In this document: positions 52,735 through 64,000 of the stretch, piece after piece
How positions within the stretch are numbered: the first letter of the stretch is position 1
Layout of the letters: the number at the start of each line of letters is the position of its first letter
NCBI RefSeq assembly: GCF_036321535.1
Contig: NC_087436.1
Location: 310,001 to 374,000 of the forward strand
Reading direction: 5' to 3'
Origin: Camelus dromedarius
Taxonomy: Eukaryota
Length of the DNA: 64,000 nucleotides
Position numbers and translations under genes: made by a program
Notes under the pieces: generated by a model
Told to the model about the DNA's origin: nothing
Seen by the model: only the letters and a program-made list of their open reading frames with translations
Database searches by the model: none

Positions 52735-53010
52735 TTTTACTTATTTTTTAAATTATTTTCATTGAAGTGTAGTCAATTTTCAATGTTAGTTTCAGGTGTA
52801 CAACAGAGATTCAGTTATAAACATATTCATATGTATATACATGTTTTAGATTGTTCTTAGTACAACTCATTACAAGAAATTGAATATAGTTCTCTGTGCT
52901 ATATAGTAGGTCCTTGTCATTTATTTTATATTTATTAATGTGTATCTGTTAATCCCCCCTTTCCTGCCTGCTAAACACAGTTTGCTTTCTATGTACATGA
53001 ATCCATTTCT
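52735..53010 (-). mobile_element. Short L1 3' end
   Basis: attgaagtgtagtcaattttcaatgttagtttcaggtgtac...ttgaatatagttctctgtgctatatagtagg. Confidence 0.75.
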
Positions 53011-55224
53011 GGCAGCACCGTTTTTCCTAGTAATATATGCTGGTTGGCTGCTTTCAGTTTCAGTAATTCCATCTTATCTGTGGGCGTTTTTCTTCTGGTG
53101 GGCCTCTATGTGTTTTGCACACGTGGTAATAGAGATCTGTATTTGGGAGAACTCCAGGCCTATTGTCGTCCCTGGTATGGAGTGCCCACTGAGCTGATGC
53201 TTGAACTGGGAAAAAAGCATATTAAATGTTGGAATTTCCACTATGGTTGAGAATTCCAGGTTTCTATAATCTGTTTAGCCCATCTTAATATTGGCTGCAC
53301 CCATACTGGGTAATTTGGTGGAAATTCATGGTATTGTGTTGTAGATACAAGGACGTGTATGCTTCTTCTCTTTCCTTTTTCTAACACATATTCTCCTGGG
53401 CCTCCCAGATCCTCCCCCAGAAGTGCCGAGGGAAGGTTTGGTGCTATGCTGAGGCAATATCTGTTAATAAGGCCCTTTCCTCATCTCTTCTGAGCCTCCA
53501 TTTCCTTCTCTGCACAATGAGGGTTTAGACTAGATAAGTCCTTTTCAGTTTCTTTTTAAGCCATGTTTCCTTTGAGAAACAAAAAATGCAAATCTCTCCT
53601 CCCATCCCAACACTTTAGATTTTGATAAGTCCTCCAAGGAGTGACATAGCTCTTTGTGGAAAATTGATGTGATTGTGATTCCAGGTGTCATAGAAAAGAC
53701 TCTTCAGTGATTTATTGCAAGGAGAAAGCAGGAAAGGGTCAGTATGTCACACTTTCTAGTGTGAGCACTGGAGTAGGGGCTTGGGTTTAAATACGGTGAC
53801 TGACGTGGACTCTCTCTAATCTTGCACAATGTGATAAACCTCTCTCCCTCAGTTTCCTAATGTGTCAAGTTGGGGTGATAATATTTTAAGGCTTTTGTGA
53901 AACATTATACACATAAACCATTTGTGTCTCGGTAGAAACAAGACCTGCTAAGGAGTCAGGGATTTCTTCAAAAAAAAAAAAAATCTTGTCCATAGCAATC
54001 TGTCTGTGTGTATTTTGAAGTTTCTGGGGAGTGAGGATTGAGTCTAAAGTCCATCATGGGACAGGTGGCCCATGGGTCTGTGTGCCTCAGATTGCCCCCT
54101 CTCCCCAGTCCTCTTCCTCTCAGTCCAGGATGAAGTTCCCTAGTATATTTACACAAAGGCCTTGTGGAAATGGCTTTTCATTTTATTGTTTCAACAAGAA
54201 AGGCTGCCAACATGATCTCTGTGGTCAGTTTTTGGTGACCTGAAGGCTATGCAACTGGGGGTTTCTATTTAATAAAAAGAAAAAAAAATTATGAATACAA
54301 AATAAGACCTAGGGTGGTGACAGGGGCTGTTGGAAGTGGGGAACATTAGCTTTGTTAGTTTCAGGTGCAATGTCCTCTGGCCACGAGGACACATCCTCGT
54401 GCTCTTAAGTTGGAGGGACAAGTGGGTTCAGTTTGAAATTTAACTGAGTGTATCTCATGGGCTGGGCATTGTTCTATTTGTACTGTGTGTTCCTTATTTG
54501 AGACTGTGAGCTCATTTAACCTCAATAGCCTCTTTAAAAAATTAGACTTTTTATTTTAAGATGTAATGTAGATTCCCATGTAGTCGTAAGAGATTATATG
54601 GAGAGGGCCTATGGTCTTTTGCCCAATTTTCCTTAATGGTTCCACCTTGCAAAGTTGGGATACAATTCATTACTGACTCACTAACCCTTTGAGGTTTGTG
54701 TTATTGCCCTCATTTCTATTCATGATTAACCTGGGTCTTAGAGAAGCACACAGGCATGCCCAGGTCACCCACATGGTTAATGTAGAGTCAGGTGGAACGT
54801 GGGCTTGGAATTTCCAGGCAGTACCATTATGATGGTCTGTGGCAGGCAGCAGCATTCACTTTGCTTGTTTATTCATTCATTCAACAAACTTTTATTGACT
54901 AACCTCAGTTGGTCAGATGCTTTCATAGGGTTATCTGATTCTTCAGCAGTACTGATAATCAGGTAATATTTTTTTTTTAATCTGAGAAAATTAGCTCTGC
55001 GAAGTTATAAACCCCCCAAAGGAAATATAGTTCATAAAGGAGGGATAGTAAATTTGTACAGTTCCCATTTTTTATGCAGGTGGTACCCTAGGCATTTTAC
55101 ATTTTACATATCCATAATCCAGATATATTCTTGTAAGGCAAGGATTTATTTTTAATTGAAGTATACTCAAGTTTACAATGTTGTGTCAATTGCAAGGTGT
55201 TTTTTGAATTTTGAATTAAAAAAT

Positions 55225-55350
55225 ATTTTTTGAGGAGAGTAATTAGATTTATTTATTTGTTTCATTTTTTAAAATGAGGTACTGGGGATTGAACCCAGGA
55301 CCTTGTACTTGCTAAGCACGTGCTCACCACTGAACTGTACCCTCCTCCCC
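55225..55350 (-). mobile_element. Vic-1-type SINE
   Basis: gtaattagatttatttat...ggtactggggattgaacccaggaccttg...gctaagcacgtgctcaccactgaactgtaccctcctcccc. Confidence 0.85.
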
Positions 55351-55782
55351 AAGGCAAGTTTTCTTATCCATTATTCTGCAACTTAGGAGTTCAAATAAAT
55401 TGGAGTTGAAATCCAGATGTTTTGATCCCACTGTGGTTCTTTTGTTTATATTCTGCTGAAGCGGGTTCGGGAAAGCAGTTCCTTTGTTCATTTCTTTATT
55501 CAGCAGTTTTGAGGACTGACTATGCATAAGGGTCTGGCTAGGTGCTTGGTACAGTAAACAATAAATGATCCTTCTCTGCAGGGCCCGGAAGCCTAGACCA
55601 AAAGCTGGGTAATGTGATCCGAGCTACGGTAGCCATGTGCAGACTCTGAGGACAAGCTGTACCCCCAGCTTTGCTTGGACTTCCCTTGCCTTCTGGCTGG
55701 TACACACCAGGTCACCGCAACCCAGAGGGGCCCGCAGCCCGCAGCACAGTATGTACTTCGATCTCCTCTCCCCTCTCTGCAG

Positions 55783-56352
55783 GGCCTGCAACACGAGCAT
55801 CCCTGACTACGTTCAGAGTGCTGAGGACTACAAGACTCTCCCCGTGGTGGTCCAAGCCGTTGGGATCATCTCAGAGGAGAATTTCTTTTGCATTTATAAG
55901 CAAATCTCCTTGGTGAGCCGGATCATCCCCTGCGGCTCCCAGTGGGCACTCTGTATCTACTATAGGCACCACTATGCACCCGAGAATGGGTGGAGCGAAC
56001 TCCAGACCAACCGCAAGGTCGTGGGCCTTGTCACCATTATCGACTGCCTCTTGGCCAAGGCCTTCGATAAGCTCCACATGCAGAGGAGCTGTATGGCACC
56101 ACGCTTAATGACTCTCAGCTCTTTGTCTTTGTGCTGCATGGGGAGGTAGCCGAGCAGACACGCACCGACGTGGCGTTCAATCTACAAGGACTGCAGTGTG
56201 GCGAAGAGGATCAAGGGCTTCACTGAGTCTCTTTTCATCTCGCTCAAGTCTAAGTGGCTGGATGGGGCCCCCGACAACTCTGGGGACAAGATCCCGCTCC
56301 TCTGCATCCTCTTTGAGAAGGAGGACTTCATGGGACTGGACACAGACTGAAG
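55783..56352 (+). pseudogene. TRAPPC9: TRAPPC9 exon 2 remnant, unit B (start codon ATG>ACG, frameshifts, stop)
   Basis: ctctctgcag| then 10 nt of UTR, then ACG at 55793. Reads [36 protein letters not shown]...[23 protein letters not shown] then ag|gtaatt, versus [36 protein letters not shown]...[25 protein letters not shown]. First frameshift near 56084. Confidence 0.96.
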
Positions 56353-56590
56353 GTAATTTACCTGGCGGCCCGCCCGCCCTGGTTCTGTGCCAGGTTGCTT
56401 CCCTACATCCAGAAAGGGATCAACAAGGAAGAGGGCTGTCTAGTAGCCAAGGGTGGAGGGAGGTGCAGCCCGCCGGTTTACAGACATTTAAAAGTGAATC
56501 CGCCTTTGTTTCAGAGAGATCCTTTTAGGGTTATTGTGGACACTGCCTCCCACTTTTCAGACAGGAACCCTGGTGGGACACTTGGAGTTG

Positions 56591-56914
56591 CTGTCCAATA
56601 GATTAGCCACAGCCACTGATGCTAGGAGCTCTGGGGAGGAGGCTGGTCTGAGCTGAGAGGTGCTGTAGGTCAAATGCACATCAGATGCTGAGACTTGTCT
56701 AGGAAAAAGAATGTAAACTATCTTGTTACTTTCTATATTGATTACATGTCAAAATGATAGTATTTTACATACAGTAGAATAAGTAAGATCTGTTCTTAAA
56801 ATCAGTTTCTAGTATTTGTTTTTGTTTGTTTGTTTAGTTCTTTGTTTACTTTTTAAATGTGGCAACTGGGAAACTTTCTTTACATGGATCTCATTTCATT
56901 ACTGATGGGCAGCG
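56591..56914. mobile_element. MER33/MER3-like hAT-Charlie fossil
   Basis: ctgtccaatag...aatgtaaactatct...tatattgattacatgt...ttttaaatgtggc...gggcagcg. Confidence 0.65.
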
Positions 56915-59900
56915 TGTCCTGGGATAGTCTCATCCCTTTGCTTATAGATGAGATGCTGAATCCCAAGATGCAGAATGAGGCTCCGGTTGAGGTGGGGGTG
57001 GAGCCTGTGTCTCCTGACTCCTAGGCTCAGCACCTGCACGGCTCAGGCCCTCTCTTCATGCCTGACAGTCACCATGCCAGGTTAAGACATCAGAAACACC
57101 GCCAGGGACTTCCGAAAGAACTCCTTATGCAGGAAAAGGCTTGTCACGGAGTTTGGGACAGAGCAGGGAAAGGTTCATATTCACTTTGTCCCTGTGATTA
57201 TGTCAAAGGCCTCACATTGCCTCGAAAGTGCAGACGAGCTCTTCTGGGCTGCCTACTCCCCACCTTCTGCTCTGTTTCCCCGTGTGTCCAACATGCTGTC
57301 CCTCGGGCAGGAGAGGTTGAGATGCCTTTGCAGAGAGGTGGTCTTCCTTTGCTGCGGAGAGTGAGGGAATCTGTGTCTCCCCGGCCTACGGCCTTGGGCC
57401 TTGAGTCTGGAGAGCGCTCATGGCGGTCTCACAGGTGACGGTCGGAGCTCCTAGAATGTGCAGCTGGGTCCGCTGTGGAGGCGGTGATCTGTGATTCTTG
57501 AACTTACTTAAGATCAGATCCTAATTTCTGGTTGTTGGTCAGTTGGAGGAGAAGGTGCCAGAGAATTGATAAAAAGAAAGTCCAGAACAGCCCTGTGAGT
57601 GAGAGGCACAGGGGACCCGAGTCCCACCTGCGTGTGTTGCCTGGCGAACTCTGGATGAATTTTCAGTTCCTCCCCGGAGATTCTTCTATGGCTTAAGGAA
57701 GGGGCAAGTAATGTCGTGGCCGTGATCTGTACTTGTCCTCACAGGGTCCTGTGATCTACATGTCCGCACTCCCCTTCTGCTCCTTGGAGATGAGGTGGCA
57801 GGTTTAGGAGCCTGGGCACTGCTGAAGGCACAGCTGCCAGCACCGGGCTTCTCCCAGACTGGCTCCGTTCACCTCACCTGTCACCTCCTGCTGAGCCCCC
57901 AGGCATTAGTCCAGGTAGGTGCATCGGTGCAACGTAAGCAGGGACCAACTTCTCCCCCTGGACAGACTGCTGCGTGAGCAGTGGAAGCCTGGAGCCATGC
58001 CCCAGCCCAGTGGCCATTGCCTCCTCTATTGTCATAGGAGGCACTGGTGACATTTTTGTTCAGCAACTGCTTGGCTCTGAGTCTGTAGACCCACCAGAGA
58101 ATGCCAGCTTGTTTTTGCCTTTTCAAGTCTTTCCTTGGGATTTCACAGAGTAGTTGGATGTGTGCTTAGCCCATAGTGTTTGACACTGTCACCATTGTTT
58201 ACCCAGAACCTCGTGTACCAGGCATGGTTCTCAGCATCAAAATACAGCAGCGCATTAAACCTCCCTCCTGGTGGGTCTGTCTGTTGTGGTACAAAAAGCA
58301 CCCAGCCAGCATCAGAACGTCAGTGAGATAACGCGGCCTGTGAGCTCGGGTCAAGCACGTTCTTCTCCAGTCACTTTTACTCCATTGTTCCTTTTACTAT
58401 TCTACAGTCATTAATTTATAAAACAATGCTTTGGCGCAGGAGCAGAGCCTAATCCTCTCCTGCTACTCTTGGTGGGAGTGAGTAAAACTGTCCAGCCTGA
58501 AATGTGACCATAATTTGTAGCTCAAAATCTATCTAGACGCATGTAGGTGGAGTTTTGGTTTGGGGTTCTGACCACTTTGGTGTCCCCCGGCAGCACTGCT
58601 CCACACAGGCCCCTGCCTTCCCTGGAGCAGGAGGTGAGAATGGGTCTCACTGTCCCTGCGTCCCTGGCCTCACACACTCACGTAAATTCTTGTACAGGCT
58701 GTCAAATTCATTTTTGTTCTTGTGTGTTTCTAATTTTCGCTTGTTCCTCTTTTCCTTTTTCTTTTTCCCTTTTTCTCTTGTACTGGCCTTTGAGTATGTT
58801 GTTGCATCTGAAAAGGTGGGCTGTGCACACCCTGCATTGGAAATAGCTGGATCGCCCTCCGTGCAGTCTCCATCACTTTAAAAGACAAAAACTTAACAGC
58901 TGCCTTGATCCATGTATTATCCTAGTCATCTTTTTATTTTCTTATTTTTGGAATGTTTGCTTTGTTATCACATCACACACTGGTGTTTGATACCTGTTAA
59001 AATCCTTGCTTTGAGGAACCTGTTTGGTCCTCCTTATATTTGGTGACAAATGCGCCCTTATTAAATTTGTTTGATTGTTTTCAAGAAGTGAGATACGAAT
59101 TGATTTAGGCGGCTGCTGAGGGATTCTTTTCATGGAGTATTTAATCTTGTCAAGTCAAATTCTGCAGCATCTTGCTCAATTCCTGCTTTTCCACAAACGT
59201 GCTCGGCACGCGGTTCCTGGCTGTCGCTCTGTGACGTGCGTGATTGTGCTGCCTGGCCGGCGGTCACTGGTGAGGAAGTGGCCGGCTCATGGGTGAGCAG
59301 CTGTTGGAGGAAGCAGTCACCGTTTTTTTTTTTTTTGCATTCAACTTCCCAGTGCCATTTACTTTACTTTGCCTTCATAAAGGGGCAGAAGCGGGTCTAA
59401 AATCCATGCCACTCTTTTGTTCCCTTTACGAGGCTGTTTTTTCTGAGTATCAGGACAACATTGCCTTCTCCTAAGTAGCTGGCTCACCTGGATCTGGTGG
59501 ACACAGGGTCCGCTAAAGGGGACCGTGGCTTCCTCTCTGCTTCAGCGAGTTGGCATGCAGAGCCAGGTCTGTGGTTTGGCTCAGCAGCCATGCAGTCCTC
59601 CCTACACAGGACTTTACTTTTAACACATGTTTTCAGTAAGTAGCTGACTCTGTGTCTGTTGCAGCTGACGTCAACCACTGACGGCCGTGTCGTTAGTTTG
59701 CCGAGTGAGTCTCCAACACCTAAATCAGCCGTGTAGGAAGAAGCTTTGACCGACCTAGGACCTTGGATTTTTACCCCCACTCTGGTTCATCTCACCTGGG
59801 GGAAGTGTTTGGCCACCACCGTCATGCTGGCCATGAGGCCTTGTTCTCCTTTCATGCTCTGGTCCAAATGTCGACACTTCACCCTTCACTGACTTGGTCT

Positions 59901-60896
59901 CGCTTGAGACAGGCCAGGCTTTCTGAAAGAGTCCATCACATTCTCGGGGGGAAGAGAACAGATGTAAGTGTCACAAGTAGAAGGAGTCTAGGCTGTCCGG
60001 GTTGGCAAATGCAGGCTTGGATCTGTGATGGCTGGGCTGTGCCCTGGACACAGGCCTTTCCCGTGGCTCCTGAGAGCCCAGGGTTCAGAGTGAGAACAAC
60101 CTTGCCTGGGTTCCTCCATCCTCATCTGCTCACTGGCAAGTGTGTCTGCTAATTAGGAGCTTCCACAGACCTCGGGCCCTTCAAAGTTCAGACCACGGGA
60201 GAACCTTGAGTCCCTTCTCCAGGGCCTCCTTTGTGAGAATCCAGTGCCTACTGAGGTGACCCGTGCCAGGAGATGCCTCCCCATCCAGGGAGCACCCTTC
60301 AGAAGATTGTGACTCACTGCACCATGCTATGAGCTTGTGGGGTTCCGGCCGTGGTCCCTGCAGAACCAGACTTGAGATGGGCTTAGCGATGGAAATGACA
60401 AGACAGATTCCAGTGCAGGGCTAGGTGGAGGGAACAGGGGAAATTTAATGTGACCTCAAACACATAGGTGGGTGCTGGGGCTGTTACTAATATGGGGAGC
60501 GTGGGAGGTACCTCCAGAAATCGAATTCCAGAGTAAATGGTGGACATGAGGCATTTTTAAGATGCCATTTGTCATCCAAGTTAGGACTTCAAAGACGCAC
60601 TCTCGTTTATGAGCCTGGGGCCCAGGTGAAGGTGCCGGTCTAGAGATACACGTTGTGAGTCGTCATTCTTAGCTGGTGTTCACAGCCGTGTAGGTGGATG
60701 AGCTCATCTCGAGAGGTGCAGACTGAGGCTGAGGGGGGGCAGGGCTGTGCCTCGGTTAGAGGAAAGCCCAGACAATGCAGGTTTGGTGTGTCAGTCAGCG
60801 GCAGCGTTTGCGATTTTCAGAGCAATACCATTTAACCTTAAGGGGCGGGGGGATGGGGAGGGCCACCCAGGAAGAAATCTGAAGGGAAGGTTGTGG

Positions 60897-63800
60897 CCAC
60901 GTGTGCGCGTCTTGGGACGATGCAGTGGCTGCAGGGTCCAGGGTCCGGGAGGGGAGTCTCCTCAGAAGCTAGAGTTGGAGTGGGGAGAAGGTAGTCACAC
61001 CCATCTGTGAGGGAGAGAGGGAGGCCTAGGAAGTCCCCACCCTACTGGACTCGCTTTCCCATGAACAGAAGGCAATCAGACAGAGGATCTGAGGTGAGAA
61101 GGGATGGGGGCTGGGAGGGGAGTCAACCTGGAGAATGGTGCTTGGACAGTTTTGGAATAATCTCCCTGCAAAATAGAGTTAAAAATTCTCAGACTCTTAA
61201 GAACATTGATGGTGACTGGGGAGGAGACAGTTGTTTTTCTGGCCTCCTAAGGGTAAGTCATGTATCCGGGGACACACAGAAGAATCAGGCAGTCTGTTCC
61301 GGGGGCTTGACCCTTACCGGGGGGAACAGAGCAAGTTTGAAGGGGGAGGAGGGCAGCGGAGGGAAACGAGCCAGGCCCCGTGTCAGGTAACAGTTGGCCG
61401 CCCTACTTGCGTGTTGCATTCACATCCATGCCTCCCAGGTGGGTGGTGGCAGCCCCCTTTTGCAGATTGGGAAGCCTTCTCAGAGGGGTTAAGGAATTGG
61501 TCTGTTTTGCGGCTAGTAAATGCTGTAGCAAGATTCAAGCGGGGCCTTGTCAGATTTCAAGAGCATGTTTTCTCTACTAATTCCGGTACCTCCCTGTTGT
61601 ACGTGGAATGGTGAAGTGGGTCAGTTTTGGAGCCTTTCAGAGAAAGTGCAACTTATGTGCCTCAGGACTGTTTCACAAATCTCAGTGTTCTTTGATGGTT
61701 CGGCACCGCAGTGCTTTTCGCCCCACAGAGGTAAGGTCTTACTCTTTTGACGATGACGTGGTTGCAAATGACGTACAGGTGCAAAACCAGACTTAGCAGC
61801 TTCTGAAGGGAAACTCTCTAGTTCTCCCTTGATAGACTTTCTTCCGCGGGATGTAAATGTGCTGCAGCGTAGGCCTGAGCTTTCCGTATGGAGTGAGGGT
61901 TTCATATATAAAGTTAGCATAAAACGGTCAGATGAAGAAAATCGACGTTGACAATTTATTTTTGGGTTTCACTAGACAAGATATACTATCAGTTCATGGC
62001 CCTTATAGTGAATGAAATTGAGTACAGAACATTGCATTTCTTCCTTTCTATTTAGAGTTCTCTTACTGCATAAGGCTGCCTGCTTTGGAACATCAGCTCC
62101 ACCACCAGGGCGCTGTCTTTGTGTTGGTGTGATTGCATTTACACAGTGCATGTAATCTGGGCTTCCTCAGCCCCAAACACTCCAGTGCAGAATTACGGGC
62201 TGTAGCCATCTCTTAGTCACGCAAATACTTCTAAAATTATATGATGCTAGAAAAGAAAAAAGAGAGAGAGAGAGACTGCCCTTATCAAAATTCCTTTCAA
62301 TTCTAACTGCAAACTGTTGTTGAGCAGCTCTGGTTTCCTTTGGATATGAATATATACATTTCTTTGCATGTAACCTGGATTTTGGACTAGAACACCAAGC
62401 TCTTGCTGTCCACAAGCCACAAAAATAGTAACCATATTGCATACGTGTGAAATATTTTATTCTTTTTTTCTGAGAAAGAATCCTTGAATTTGGGACTTCA
62501 GCTGTGATTTTTGCTTTTTGCTTCTCCCACCCCTCTTGTAATCTCTCACTCCTTCACACGTGGCCCCCAAGAGGTCGTGGTCTCAAAGGAGCAGGCAAAC
62601 ACCCAGTTGGTCTCCATGCAGTGCTGATGTAGAGGGAGCCCAGTCAAGACCTAAAGGACATTATCAGAGAGGACTTCCTGGAAGAAATGGGCTCTATATT
62701 CAGTTGTGAGGACATAGTAAGTGTCAGCCAGGAGAAGGCATGAAGAGGATGGCTCACGTGGCAGGAGCAGCCCGGGCAGAGGCCTGGAGGCTTGTGGGGT
62801 GGAAACTCGGGGAGTGTGCCTTGTGTGGTCCAGGGTGGAGGGTGCCCTGCTGGGGAGGACACTGGAGATGACCTTGGGTGGAGGGCTTTGGATGAGTTTG
62901 GGTTTTACTAGAACTGACACAGGAGGCAGTGAAGGGTGTCAGCAGGTAGTGACCCTCAGAAAAGGTACTTCTGGTTTTGCTTCTGATATTCTACAGAAAG
63001 AAGGGTCGGGATGGGTGAGAGCAGGAATGTCTGTAACTTGGAGTCCCACCCCGTCATTCATTTATTCATTACACGAGCACTTCTGAGTGGCCAGGGGAGA
63101 GAGAGTGGACCCACATTAGTAAGCAAAATGTATTTGCTTCTTGGGAGCTTAGCAGTGTCAGAAGTTGACAGCCTAGAATGTTCTAGGAACAGAGGAACAA
63201 AGTGTGGAGGTTGGGGGGAGGGAAGGCTTCCTTGAGAAACAGTCAAAATGAGCCTGGAGGCAAGTGGGAAGTAGGAGCAGGTCAGGGGGCCCCTGAGGTT
63301 ACTGGGGACCTGGGAACTGTGGTGAGGCTGGGTGAGCAGTGTCGGGGGTGGGGCTAGAACTCCACCAGGGAGCCTCTGAAGGGTTTGAAGTGGGGGTGAT
63401 GTAATCAAATTTGTGCTTTGGGAAGGCTGCCGTTGCTCTGTGTGTATGTGTGTGTGTGTGTGTAGCGGGGAAGAGCGGGAGGGTGCCACCAACTGGGGGG
63501 GGTCATTAGAAAACCATTCACAGGCTGGGAGGTGACCCGTGGGAGAGGGGCGTCGGGGCTGCTTGGGGACGGCAGGGGCAGTGTGGATGACGGATTTTCT
63601 TATGGGGAGGGCTTGTTAGCGGGGCCGCCCTTGCGGCGCCTTTGGGCTGGAAGAAAACAGATGGAGGCCACCAGGTGGACTTTCCTCTTCTCTCCTTCCC
63701 TGCCTTGTGTGATGATCTTAGCTCAGCCAACATTTGGAACAGAAGAGCTAAGTTCCAGGGTAGCCCAGGACTTTGTTGAGCTCGTTCGAGTGAGATCTGA

Positions 63801-64000
63801 TAGGATTTAGGTTTGTGTTCAGATCTGCATATACACTCTGGTAGAAATATCGGTCTTTTGGATTTCCATAGGTGTTTTATTCTTGATAAAAATTGCGTTC
63901 TTGGTGAGAGGAAATTTAATAAAGCTGTTATCTTTCTCAAAATAAATCATATCTTTTAAGAACATTAATATTCAAAAAATAGGAATATTTAAAAATGATA
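60897..64000 (+). repeat. Segmental duplication block, copy B (period about 60.9 kb)
   Basis: Same alignment as copy A. Paired ORFs in the track: 707..898/61608..61796, 720..1022/61621..61920, 109..321/61007..61390. Confidence 0.97.

Noticed and set aside
55637..56149. 170-aa ORF as a functional TRAPPC9-like CDS
   Set aside because: It starts at a GTG in intronic sequence and crosses the acceptor. The true ATG is ACG, and the frame leaves TRAPPC9 near 56084.
1..64000. CRISPR arrays, operons or other prokaryotic/phage systems
   Set aside because: The sequence is intron- and retroelement-rich mammalian DNA with no repeat-spacer array or dense coding.

Overview
Mammalian genomic DNA, very probably camelid (five tRNA-derived Vic-1-type SINEs). 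It contains no intact protein-coding gene and no prokaryotic systems, and almost all six-frame ORFs are noise. The window spans about one unit of a diverged direct tandem duplication with a period of about 60.9 kb: 1-3116 recurs at 60897-64000 at roughly 85-88% identity by hand alignment. The unit carries an unprocessed partial TRAPPC9 (NIBP) pseudogene on +. Exons 3, 5, 6 and 7 of one copy lie at 3.7-26.9 kb. A CpG island with a first-exon donor and exon 2 of the next copy lie at 51-56 kb. The coding sequence is dead (ATG>ACG, frameshifts, stops), yet every recognised exon keeps its AG/GT sites. The duplicated intronic block keeps, in both copies, a C/D-box kink-turn-like hairpin and a ~100-codon antisense ORF. 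The rest is transposon-derived: a 7.2-kb two-LTR non-autonomous ERV1-type provirus, three solo LTRs, nested L1s including two apparent 3' transductions, SINEs, MIRs, DNA-transposon fossils and microsatellites. TRAPPC9 exon numbers and sizes are recalled from the human gene, and identities are manual estimates.
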